A DNA stretch of 64,000 nucleotides, from assembly GCA_963542695.1 (NCBI GenBank), contig CAUTYX010000009.1, positions 3,124-67,123 on the forward strand, written 5' to 3'. This DNA comes from an uncultured Eubacteriales bacterium. Its GTDB lineage: Bacteria > Bacillota > Clostridia > Peptostreptococcales > Anaerovoracaceae. Positions 1 through 8,260 of the stretch are shown here, one piece after another. The translations under genes and the position numbers were made by a program. How positions within the stretch are numbered: the stretch's first letter is position 1; each line of letters begins with the position of its first letter. The notes under the pieces are model-generated. The model was not told the origin of the DNA. It saw only the letters and a list, made by a program, of their open reading frames with translations, and made no database searches.

Positions 1-37
1 CAATAATTGGATCGTAGCAGAGAAAGATTTTGAGAAG

Positions 38-463
38 GTGAGGATTATGACTGTAGGAAATAAAATATACAGTTTAAGAAAGAAGGAGGGCATATCACAG
101 GAAGAATTAGCTAATAGAATTGATGTATCTAGACAGGCTATATCGAAATGGGAACAAGATTTGACGATTCCGGATACCGTTAATCTAATTAAGTTGTGCG
201 GTTGTTTTAGTGTACCTTTAGAGTATTTGACTGATGAAAAAAGCACAGCGGAAGCAAAGAATACATGCAAGAAAGAAAATGTGGTGAAAAAGAGAGCAGG
301 ATTAATACTGTGTTTGACAGGAGGGGTATTGGCTTTTATTACTTTCATTGCTGCTTATTTCATGAAAATCGCAGAATATAGAGTTTTGAATAATGAATTT
401 GTCAAGAAAAATTGTGTTTTGGGGAATGAGTTGAGGCTTGATTGGCCTTGTTATGAATCATAA
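38..463 (+). CDS. XRE-family HTH transcriptional regulator with a C-terminal transmembrane helix
   Basis: The N-terminus has an HTH_3 signature (ISQEELANRIDVSRQAISKWEQD). A hydrophobic helix (LILCLTGGVLAFITFIAAYF) follows. The start is GTG 38 or, more likely, ATG 47 after GGTGAGG. Confidence 0.8.
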   Translation: MRIMTVGNKIYSLRKKEGISQEELANRIDVSRQAISKWEQDLTIPDTVNLIKLCGCFSVPLEYLTDEKSTAEAKNTCKKENVVKKRAGLILCLTGGVLAFITFIAAYFMKIAEYRVLNNEFVKKNCVLGNELRLDWPCYES

Positions 464-531
464 CGGCCATGTTTTGAGACATTTCTTTAATTTCTTTTGT
501 GTTTTTGCAAAAATATTAGAAAAAGGAGGTT

Positions 532-984
532 ATGAATATGTTGTCAGAAAAGTTGAAAACATTACGGGCAAATGCTGGATTGACGCAAGAACAAATTGCG
601 GAAAAGCTGGGAGTTACAAAATCTGCAATTGCACGGTGGGAATCTGATAAAGGAATTCCAGACATTTCAAACCTGATATTGATAAGTGATTATTTCAATA
701 TATCATTGGATGAACTGATAAAAGGGGATGATGTTGTAAAGAAAAAAATAATATCGGATAGCTCATCAAAAAAATGGCATCTATTAGTAATTTTGTATTT
801 GATTGCAATTGTCGCATATATCGTTTATTTTGCAGTTTTACATCAAATATTTATGGTGGGGTTCTTGATTGCAACGATCTTTATGCTATTTTATGAAATG
901 CGGATTTTTATAAAAGATAAAATATATTTACAAATTAATAAAAATCATAATAAAGAAGCAATAATCCCAGTTTACAGGAGTTAA
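532..984 (+). CDS. XRE-family HTH transcriptional regulator with two C-terminal transmembrane helices
   Basis: HTH_3 signature LTQEQIAEKLGVTKSAIARWESDKGIPD. The hydrophobic tail is LLVILYLIAIVAYIVYFAVL...MVGFLIATIFMLFY. GGAGG at 525-529 precedes ATG 532/538. Confidence 0.8.
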   Translation: MNMLSEKLKTLRANAGLTQEQIAEKLGVTKSAIARWESDKGIPDISNLILISDYFNISLDELIKGDDVVKKKIISDSSSKKWHLLVILYLIAIVAYIVYFAVLHQIFMVGFLIATIFMLFYEMRIFIKDKIYLQINKNHNKEAIIPVYRS

Positions 985-1046
985 ATTGATATGGGAGGTG
1001 GATGAATTCCATCTCTTTTTTTTTATAGTATAGGTGGGTGCATTAG

Positions 1047-1544
1047 AGTTTTATATCGTATAATTGTATCAATTTCATAGTCGCAATGAACCCTTGCCCT
1101 TGCGGATGGCTTGGCGATACACGAAAGGAATGTACTTGTACATCAAGGCAAATTGAAAGTTATCGTGGGCGGTTGTCAGGGCCAATCATAGATCGGATAG
1201 ATTTGCATATTCGCCTGAATTCGGTGGATATAAAAGAAGCGGCAGAAGGAATGGATTCCAGGACCATGGCGGAGCAAGTACAGTTGGCACGAAACATACA
1301 AAAACAGCGATATAAAAACCAATCTTTTCATCTTAACAGCCATATTCCTGCAGGAGTGGTAAAAGAATATTGCCCCATGGAAGAGGAGGCGGGACAGCTT
1401 CTTCAAAAAGCTTACAGACAGTTGCCGCTGACTATGCGTAGTTATCATAAAATTATAAGAGTCGCCAGAACTATTGCCGATTTAGAAGGAGACGACAAAA
1501 TTGCCGGGTATCATATGGCCGAAGCTATTCACTATAGAGAGTAG
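1047..1544 (+). pseudogene. comM: 3' remnant of comM/yifB (Mg-chelatase-like AAA+ competence protein); only the last ~150 codons remain
   Basis: The translation (FIVA)MNPCPCGWLGD...CTC...YRGRLSGPIIDRIDLHI... matches the C-terminal third of ComM/YifB proteins, which are ~500 aa. The frame is closed by TAG at 1044. No AAA+ Walker motifs or Lon-like N-domain lie upstream. Confidence 0.75.
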
Positions 1545-1572
1545 GAACAAGAGAAACAAGGAGGGAGAAAGT

Positions 1573-2418
1573 TTGGTTATTACACAACAACATAGAGCCT
1601 ATCCGCAGATGCTCTTCGATTTGCCAAAGCCACCGCAGAAACTATTTTGCAGAGGAAATGTGGACTTGCTAAAGACACCGTGTGTCAGTATCGTTGGATC
1701 CAGAAAAACAACAGAATATGGACGGTGGGCGGCAGCAACGATTGCTGCAAAACTGGCGACCAATGGGGTCACTGTTGTTAGCGGTCTTGCTATTGGAATT
1801 GATGGTGCGGCTCATCAAGGAGCATTGGATGCCGGAGGGAATACCATTGCTGTTTTAGGCTGTGGGTTGGATATCGAGTACCCTATGCGAAACAAAATTC
1901 TGCGAAAACACATAGAAGAAAAAGGATTGGTAATTACAGAATACAGCAGTCATACCGTGCCTACAAAGTACACCTTTCCGTTGCGCAATAGAATTATCAG
2001 CAGCTTGTCTGAATGTACTGTGGTAGTAGAGGCCGGTTTGAACTCCGGAGCCCTACATACAGCCGATGTTTCTTTGCAATTAAACAGGGCTGTCTATGCT
2101 GTTCCGGGAAATATCAACAGCACCTATAGTTTTGGCAGCAACTCTTTGATTCGGCAGGGAGCCCAGCCTATTATGCACGTAGATGATATGTTGGATTTCT
2201 TGGGAATTTCCGGAAGGAAAAAGAAATTGCAGCTGCCACCATTAGGCAGCGATGAAAGACGACTCTATAATGCTCTTGCATGTGGCAGTGAAAAAACCGT
2301 AGATCAATTAAGCCAGGAGTTATCTATGGGAGCCGGGAAAATCAATGGCATTATTACGGTATTGGAAATGAAGGGGTTAGTCTATACGGCTCTTGGGAAG
2401 GTGTTTATTTCTATGTAG
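1573..2418 (+). CDS. dprA: DNA-processing protein DprA (Smf)
   Basis: Rossmann-like DprA core: VSIVGSRKTTEYGRWAAATIAAKLATNGVTVVSGLAIGIDGAAHQGALDAGGNTIAVLGCGLD. The likely start is TTG 1573 after GGAGGGAG; the ORF track begins at 1501. Confidence 0.9.
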   Translation: MVITQQHRAYPQMLFDLPKPPQKLFCRGNVDLLKTPCVSIVGSRKTTEYGRWAAATIAAKLATNGVTVVSGLAIGIDGAAHQGALDAGGNTIAVLGCGLDIEYPMRNKILRKHIEEKGLVITEYSSHTVPTKYTFPLRNRIISSLSECTVVVEAGLNSGALHTADVSLQLNRAVYAVPGNINSTYSFGSNSLIRQGAQPIMHVDDMLDFLGISGRKKKLQLPPLGSDERRLYNALACGSEKTVDQLSQELSMGAGKINGIITVLEMKGLVYTALGKVFISM

Positions 2419-2439
2419 TATTGAGGAAGGGAAACAATC

Positions 2440-2823
2440 ATGAAAGAATATTATCAGAATAAAAGTCACGGGTATCGCCTTCCTTATCCCATTTATAAAA
2501 AAATGATAAAAACCATAGAGGCCTATGAGTTTTACAGAGAAATAGAAAAACAGGGGAAGAGTACGGAAAAATCTGTCATGGATCCGGAAAAGGCAGCTGC
2601 CAATGTGGCAAGCGCCGGTATGTACGTTGCTGCCATTGAGCAAGCATTGACCAGTTATGTGCGGGAAGAATACCGCCCGGCTATCTTTAATCATATAGTT
2701 GAGGGACGGGAATACAAAGAATTGGAACAGGAATATGGCATTTCTATTAGCACCATGAAGAGGTGGACACAGCGATTTGTCTATGGGGTTGCTACCGAAT
2801 TGGGCGAGAACTATTTTGAATAA
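2440..2823 (+). CDS. Small hypothetical protein with a C-terminal HTH-like segment (sigma region-4/ArpU-like?)
   Basis: 127-aa ORF with GAGGAAGGG upstream. The C-terminal segment KELEQEYGISISTMKRWTQRF resembles a DNA-binding HTH. Family not recognised with confidence. Confidence 0.55.
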   Translation: MKEYYQNKSHGYRLPYPIYKKMIKTIEAYEFYREIEKQGKSTEKSVMDPEKAAANVASAGMYVAAIEQALTSYVREEYRPAIFNHIVEGREYKELEQEYGISISTMKRWTQRFVYGVATELGENYFE

Positions 2824-2968
2824 TATAGAAGGAAAATAACAAAAAAAGTGCCGGGTTTTGTAAGAAAAAAGGTGAAATCAATGGTCGCAGAGGAATAAAA
2901 GTTGCAAAACATTGAAAATCCATTATAATATTTTCCATACATCTAAAATTATAAAAAAGGAGAAGTGT

Positions 2969-5035
2969 ATGGCCACTGCAAAGAAAACCAGAACCAGAAA
3001 GCGAAAGCTGGTTATTGTGGAGTCACCTTCAAAAGCAAAGACCATCGGAAAATTCCTTGGGAGTGGATACAAGGTCATTGCATCTGTAGGACATGTAAGA
3101 GACTTACCCAAAAGCAAAATGGGTATTGATATTGAACAGGACTTTGAGCCTCAATATATAAATATTCGAGGAAAAGGCGACGTCATCAAAGAGCTAAAAC
3201 GAGAAGCAAAAAAGGCCGATCGTGTATTTCTGGCAACTGACCCGGATAGAGAAGGAGAAGCCATCTCTTGGCATATTGCGTATCTGTTAGGCATGGAACC
3301 CGATGAACCTTGCCGAATCGAATTTAATGAAATCACAAAGAATGCTGTGAAGACAGCCATTAAAAATCCAAGAACCATTAACTTGAATTTAGTAGATGCC
3401 CAGCAGGCTCGCCGGGTGCTTGATAGACTGGTAGGATACAATATCAGTCCTCTTCTTTGGCGTAAAATTCGTCGTGGATTGTCAGCCGGTAGAGTACAAA
3501 GTGCAGCTTTAAAGATGATTTGCGACCGGGAAAATGAGATTACCAACTTTGAACCGGTAGAAAGCTGGGACATTTTGGCTAACTTTACAAAAGGCAAGTC
3601 TTTTGCAGCAAAACTGGTTGCCTGCAAAGGAGAAAAAATAGCATTAAAAAACAAAGAGGAAGCCGATGCCGTTTTAGGGCGGTTGCCAAAGGACAACTTT
3701 GCTGTTTCCAAAGTAGAGGAAAAGGATCGAAAGAGAAAACCGGCAGCTCCGTTTACCACCAGCACTTTGCAGCAGGAAGCTGCCAATAGACTGAACTTCA
3801 ATACAAGAAAGACCATGCAAATCGCACAGCAACTCTATGAAGGGGTAGATGTTTCAGGTAGTGGAACCGTTGGTCTTGTCACCTATATAAGAACGGATTC
3901 TGTGCGTATTTCCGAAGAAGCGAAATCTGCAGCAGAAGGTTTTATAATAGAAAAATATGGGAAAGAATACTGTGGAAATACAGTTTTCTCAAAGAAAAAA
4001 GATAGCCAAGATGCTCACGAAGCAATTCGGCCAAGTGACGTAAGGTTGGCTCTCGATGACATTAAAGATTCTCTGACGGCAGATCAGCAAAAGCTATATG
4101 GGCTAATTTGGAATCGTTTTGTTGCCAGTCAGATGGCATCAGCTGTGTATGCATCTGTTTCTGCTGAAATCCTCAATGGAGACTATTTGTTTAGAGCAAG
4201 CGGATCAAAATTGAAATTTGATGGTTTCCGCAAGGTGTATGCGCCGGATAAAAATGAAGACAAATTGCTTCCGCCATTGGAAAATGGAGAAAAACTTGTG
4301 GCAGATTCCGTTGAAGGAGAACAAAAGTTCACTTCTCCACCACCACGGTTTACAGAAGCCAGTCTTGTAAAATACTTGGAAGAAAAAGAAATCGGTCGTC
4401 CCAGCACCTATGCACCGATTGTATCGACATTGCTTAGTCGTCGGTATATTCAGCGTCAAAAGAGAAACTTACTTCCTACAGATTTGGGGTTTTTGGTGAC
4501 GGGTATTGTAGAACAGTATTTTAAAGAAGTGGCTGATGCAGACTTTACCGCCAACATGGAAGCTCAGCTAGATGATGTGGCCACCGCAGGATCTGATTGG
4601 AAAGTCATTATCCGTAATTTTTACGGTGGGTTTGAAAAAGAACTGGAAGTGGCTGACGAAGAAATTAAAAAGGTGGAATTTGAAGATGAACCTACAGACG
4701 AAGTTTGTGAGGTTTGTGGTCGTCCTATGGTAATTAAACAAGGACGGTTTGGACGCTTTATGGCTTGCAGCGGGTATCCTGATTGCAAGAATACAAAAGC
4801 CATCGTCAAAACCATCGATGTGAAATGCCCGGATTGCGGCAGTGATATTGTAGAAAAACGGAGTCGCAGAGGGAAGATTTTTTATGGATGCAGTGGGTAT
4901 CCGAAATGTAAACGTGCGTATTGGAACAAACCGGTCAATAAAGTCTGTCCAAAATGCGGTAGCTTGTTGGTTGAAAAAAAGACCAAACAAGGGGACCTCT
5001 CTTGCTCCAATGGAGAATGCGATTACAAAGAGTAA
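2969..5035 (+). CDS. topA: DNA topoisomerase I
   Basis: Toprim N-terminus LVIVESPSKAKTIGKFLG. Three C-terminal Zn-ribbon repeats (CEVCGRPM..CSGYPDC, CPDCGSD..CSGYPKC, CPKCGS..). ATG 2969 follows AAGGAG. Confidence 0.95.
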   Translation: MATAKKTRTRKRKLVIVESPSKAKTIGKFLGSGYKVIASVGHVRDLPKSKMGIDIEQDFEPQYINIRGKGDVIKELKREAKKADRVFLATDPDREGEAISWHIAYLLGMEPDEPCRIEFNEITKNAVKTAIKNPRTINLNLVDAQQARRVLDRLVGYNISPLLWRKIRRGLSAGRVQSAALKMICDRENEITNFEPVESWDILANFTKGKSFAAKLVACKGEKIALKNKEEADAVLGRLPKDNFAVSKVEEKDRKRKPAAPFTTSTLQQEAANRLNFNTRKTMQIAQQLYEGVDVSGSGTVGLVTYIRTDSVRISEEAKSAAEGFIIEKYGKEYCGNTVFSKKKDSQDAHEAIRPSDVRLALDDIKDSLTADQQKLYGLIWNRFVASQMASAVYASVSAEILNGDYLFRASGSKLKFDGFRKVYAPDKNEDKLLPPLENGEKLVADSVEGEQKFTSPPPRFTEASLVKYLEEKEIGRPSTYAPIVSTLLSRRYIQRQKRNLLPTDLGFLVTGIVEQYFKEVADADFTANMEAQLDDVATAGSDWKVIIRNFYGGFEKELEVADEEIKKVEFEDEPTDEVCEVCGRPMVIKQGRFGRFMACSGYPDCKNTKAIVKTIDVKCPDCGSDIVEKRSRRGKIFYGCSGYPKCKRAYWNKPVNKVCPKCGSLLVEKKTKQGDLSCSNGECDYKE

Positions 5036-5053
5036 CAAGACGGAGGAAGGAAA

Positions 5054-5593
5054 ATGGTTGAATTTCGGGCGACAACTATAGTCGCAGTTAGAAGAAGCAA
5101 CGACGATGTTTGCATCGCCGGGGATGGTCAGGTAACCATGGGCGAAACGGCGATTATGAAAGCCGGAGCAAAAAAAGTACAGAAAATATTTCATAACCAG
5201 GTACTGGTAGGCTTTGCAGGCTCTGTAGCCGATGCCTTTTCTTTACGGGAAAAGTTTGAAAAAAAATTGGAAGAACACGGCGGCAATTTAAAACGAGCAG
5301 CTGTTGCCTTGGCACAGCTGTGGAGAGGAGACCAGCAAATGCGCAGCCTGGAGGCCTTGATGATTGTTGCTGATAAAAAGGAAACCTTGCTGATTTCCGG
5401 CAACGGCGAAGTCATTGAGCCGGACGACAACTTTATTGCCATTGGTTCAGGCGGCAACTATGCATATTCTGCAGCCAACGCCCTGTACCATCACACAGAG
5501 TTGACGGCAGAAGAGATATGTAAAGAGTCCTTACACATTGCCTCTTCCATTTGTGTGTACACCAACGATAACATTACCGTTGAGAAGCTGTAA
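5054..5593 (+). CDS. hslV: ATP-dependent protease HslVU, peptidase subunit HslV
   Basis: N-terminal TTIVAV (catalytic Thr) and GDGQVT, GSGGNYA motifs. Confidence 0.95.
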   Translation: MVEFRATTIVAVRRSNDDVCIAGDGQVTMGETAIMKAGAKKVQKIFHNQVLVGFAGSVADAFSLREKFEKKLEEHGGNLKRAAVALAQLWRGDQQMRSLEALMIVADKKETLLISGNGEVIEPDDNFIAIGSGGNYAYSAANALYHHTELTAEEICKESLHIASSICVYTNDNITVEKL

Positions 5594-5604
5594 GGAGGTA
5601 CCAA

Positions 5605-7038
5605 ATGGCCAATAAACTACATAGTATGACTCCAAGAGAGATCGTTGAAAAGTTAGATAAATACATTATCGGTCAGGACAAAGCAAAGAAATCCGTTGCC
5701 GTGGCACTGCGTAACAGATATCGCCGGAGCCAGCTTCCTGATGAAATGATGGAAGAAATTACACCCAACAACATTTTGATGATGGGACCTACCGGTGTGG
5801 GTAAAACGGAAATTGCTCGTCGTCTTGCCAAATTGATGGAAGCTCCCTTTGTAAAGGTGGAGGCTACCAAGTTTACAGAAGTGGGATACGTTGGACGAGA
5901 TGTTGATTCCATGGTTCGTGACTTGATGGAAGCATCTGTTCGTATTACAAAGCAGAGTAAACTGGAAGAAAAGTATAGCGTTGCAGAGGAGCTTGCTGAA
6001 GAAAAAATAGTGGAAGCCATCGTTCCCGGTGATAAAAAGAAGGAGCAGGAGGAGCCTACTAATCCGTTTGATTTTATCTTAAATAGCGGCGGCTATAAAA
6101 GTCAAAAGCAGCAGTACGAGGAAAGCCAGCAGCAGAATACCCTCCCGGAAGAAAGTGGCGATGTAATGTTGACTAGAGAGCAGGTTCGCCAGCAGCTGAG
6201 AGAAGGAAAGTTGGAAGAGCAATATATTGAAATCCAGGTTACCGATTCTCCAAAAGGCAATGAATTGGATATGAGTGAACAGGGTATGAGTATTGCCATT
6301 GGCAACATCTTCGGTGATATGATGCCCAAGAAAACCAAGACAAAGAAAGTCAAGGTAAAAGATGCCAGAAAGATTTTGCGAGAAGAAGAAGCGCAAAATC
6401 TAATAGATATGGACCAGGTAACCGAAGACGCTCTATATAATGCAGAACAAAATGGCATTATCTTCATTGATGAAATTGACAAAATTGCCAGCGGCAGCAG
6501 TTACCGCTCCGGCGCCGATGTTTCAAGGGAAGGCGTACAGCGGGATATTTTGCCTATTGTTGAAGGCAGCGTAGTAAATACAAAATACGGTCCTGTAAAG
6601 ACGGATCATGTGCTCTTTATTGGAGCCGGTGCATTCCATACGGCAAAGCCAACGGATTTGATTCCGGAACTGCAGGGACGTTTTCCGGTTCGTGTGGAAT
6701 TGGAAAATCTGACAGAAGAAACCTTCCTGAAGATTTTGACACTGCCGGAAAATGCGCTTATCAAGCAGCATAAAGCATTGCTTTCAACAGAAGGTGTGGA
6801 TTTGGAATTTACAGATGAAGCTATTGCAGAGCTGGCACATTTGGCATTCATCATCAATGAACAGACAGAAAACATCGGTGCCAGAAGACTCCACACTATA
6901 TTGGAAAAACTTCTGGAGGATATTTCCTATAATGTTCCTGATAGCGAAGAAACGACCATTACCATTGATGTGGACTATGTTAAGGAAAAGTTTAAGGAAA
7001 ATCTGGAATCCGAAGATCTGGGTATGTTTATTCTGTAG
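5605..7038 (+). CDS. hslU: ATP-dependent protease HslVU, ATPase subunit HslU
   Basis: TPREIVEKLDKYIIGQDKAKKSVAVALRNRYRR, Walker A GPTGVGKTEIARRLA, IIFIDEIDKI. Confidence 0.95.
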   Translation: MANKLHSMTPREIVEKLDKYIIGQDKAKKSVAVALRNRYRRSQLPDEMMEEITPNNILMMGPTGVGKTEIARRLAKLMEAPFVKVEATKFTEVGYVGRDVDSMVRDLMEASVRITKQSKLEEKYSVAEELAEEKIVEAIVPGDKKKEQEEPTNPFDFILNSGGYKSQKQQYEESQQQNTLPEESGDVMLTREQVRQQLREGKLEEQYIEIQVTDSPKGNELDMSEQGMSIAIGNIFGDMMPKKTKTKKVKVKDARKILREEEAQNLIDMDQVTEDALYNAEQNGIIFIDEIDKIASGSSYRSGADVSREGVQRDILPIVEGSVVNTKYGPVKTDHVLFIGAGAFHTAKPTDLIPELQGRFPVRVELENLTEETFLKILTLPENALIKQHKALLSTEGVDLEFTDEAIAELAHLAFIINEQTENIGARRLHTILEKLLEDISYNVPDSEETTITIDVDYVKEKFKENLESEDLGMFIL

Positions 7039-7083
7039 AAAATCAAAAAACAGCAAAAAAGCAAGATAGTTAATTAAATCTGT

Positions 7084-7122
7084 AGTACGATTGGAGGAAA
7101 TTCCTTTAATCGTACTATTTTG
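7084..7122 (+). terminator. Rho-independent terminator after hslU
   Basis: Perfect stem AGTACGATT (7084-7092) / AATCGTACT (7108-7116). An inner AGGAA/TTCCT pairing extends it, followed by a T-rich tract. Confidence 0.6.
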
Positions 7123-7253
7123 CTATTTGTAGAAAATATTCCGACAATTGACACTTTTTTCTTGATTATTGGTATATCTCATTATAGAATACTATTGTAA
7201 ATATTTTGACAATGGTGTTTGCAAAGTTGAACCATAAGAATAAGGAGAAATAA

Positions 7254-8033
7254 ATGAGCGAGGCAATATTAGAGAAGGTCAGAAAAATCAATTGGGTACT
7301 GCAGGAAGCTCCCAAGGGGGATTTTTCCTTTAATGATTTATGTAAAATCCTAAGCGATTTAACCAATGCCAATGTATATCTGGCCAACGTAAGAGGGAAA
7401 ATTTTAGGGGTACACTATAAAATCGAAAGTGATAAAAATTTAGTATCCAATCCTGACGGTGGAGCAGAATCCTTTGATACCAAAGAAAATGAAGCGTTTT
7501 TGAGTATTTCGGAAACACGAGCCAACCTGCAAGGAGAGGAAGTGACTGCTATCTTTGCTGATGGAGAATCTACTTCTTCCAAATACCACACGGTAATTCC
7601 CGTTGTTGGCGGCGGTCAGCGTTGGGGAACATTGATTTTAGCCAGATACGAGCCGGAATTCAATGCCGAAGACATTGCTCTTAGTGAAGTGGGAGCTACT
7701 GTTGTCGGTCTTGAAATTCAGCGAGTAAAGAGCATAGAAGAAGAAGAAAACAATCGCCAGAAAGAAATCGTAAGAATGGCCATTAGTACTTTATCCTACT
7801 CGGAAAACGAAGCGGTAAAGCGCATTTTCGAAGAACTGGATGGAGAAGAAGGTATTTTAGTCGCCAGCAAAATTGCAGATCGCTCCAGAATTACAAGATC
7901 TGTAATTGTAAACGCTTTGCGCAAACTGGAATCCGCCGGTGTTATTGAATCCACTTCCCTGGGGATGAAGGGTACGCATATCCGCGTTTTAAATTCCAAG
8001 TTTTATCAGGAACTGGGCAAGCTGGAAAAGTAA
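7254..8033 (+). CDS. codY: GTP/BCAA-sensing pleiotropic repressor CodY
   Basis: LLEKVRKIN-type N-terminus and a C-terminal wHTH ASKIADRSRITRSVIVNALRKLESAGVIES. The position after hslVU is conserved in Firmicutes. Confidence 0.95.
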   Translation: MSEAILEKVRKINWVLQEAPKGDFSFNDLCKILSDLTNANVYLANVRGKILGVHYKIESDKNLVSNPDGGAESFDTKENEAFLSISETRANLQGEEVTAIFADGESTSSKYHTVIPVVGGGQRWGTLILARYEPEFNAEDIALSEVGATVVGLEIQRVKSIEEEENNRQKEIVRMAISTLSYSENEAVKRIFEELDGEEGILVASKIADRSRITRSVIVNALRKLESAGVIESTSLGMKGTHIRVLNSKFYQELGKLEK

Positions 8034-8260
8034 ACTGCAAAAATCGGTTGGATAATCAATAAAAGCAATACTAAAGGAGGGTTGAAAAATGACACCCCTC
8101 TTTATTGTATGAGAATAAATAGCAGGAGAAATTGCCTGTTATATTTTAAGTAATTTTTAACAGACAGAATAGAGACAATAATCTGAACTTTTGATGCACT
8201 GAACTTGTGTAAAGGGTACCAACAAATCGGTACTCAAATGAAAACAGCAAGGAGGGATGT

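Larger units (their letters stand above)
1..1075. mobile_element. Probable right-hand end of an integrated element (prophage/ICE/island), inferred; only its terminal ~1 kb is in the window
   Basis: The DNA is visibly more AT-rich than the rest of the window. It carries two XRE-type regulators and ends exactly where a truncated comM reading frame begins (in-frame TAG at 1044; ComM-like residues from ~1071). No integrase or att repeat is visible here. Confidence 0.4.

Noticed and set aside
438-647. 69-aa ORF bridging the two XRE genes.
   Set aside because: It overlaps both better-supported XRE ORFs out of frame and has no family signature.
3151-5194. Long minus-strand ORFs (221 aa, 208 aa and others) inside topA. 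Similar antisense ORFs occur inside hslU, the peptidase pseudogene, PBP2, addA, the giant gene, recJ and pdp.
   Set aside because: They lie entirely antisense to genes with strong family signatures. They have no RBS and low-complexity, Ser/Phe/Leu-rich translations typical of shadow frames.
7148-7240. TTGACA hexamers (7148, 7205) and AT-rich motifs upstream of codY as a promoter or CodY box.
   Set aside because: Spacings to any acceptable -10 are 19 nt or worse. No good match to the AATTTTCWGAAAATT CodY box was found.
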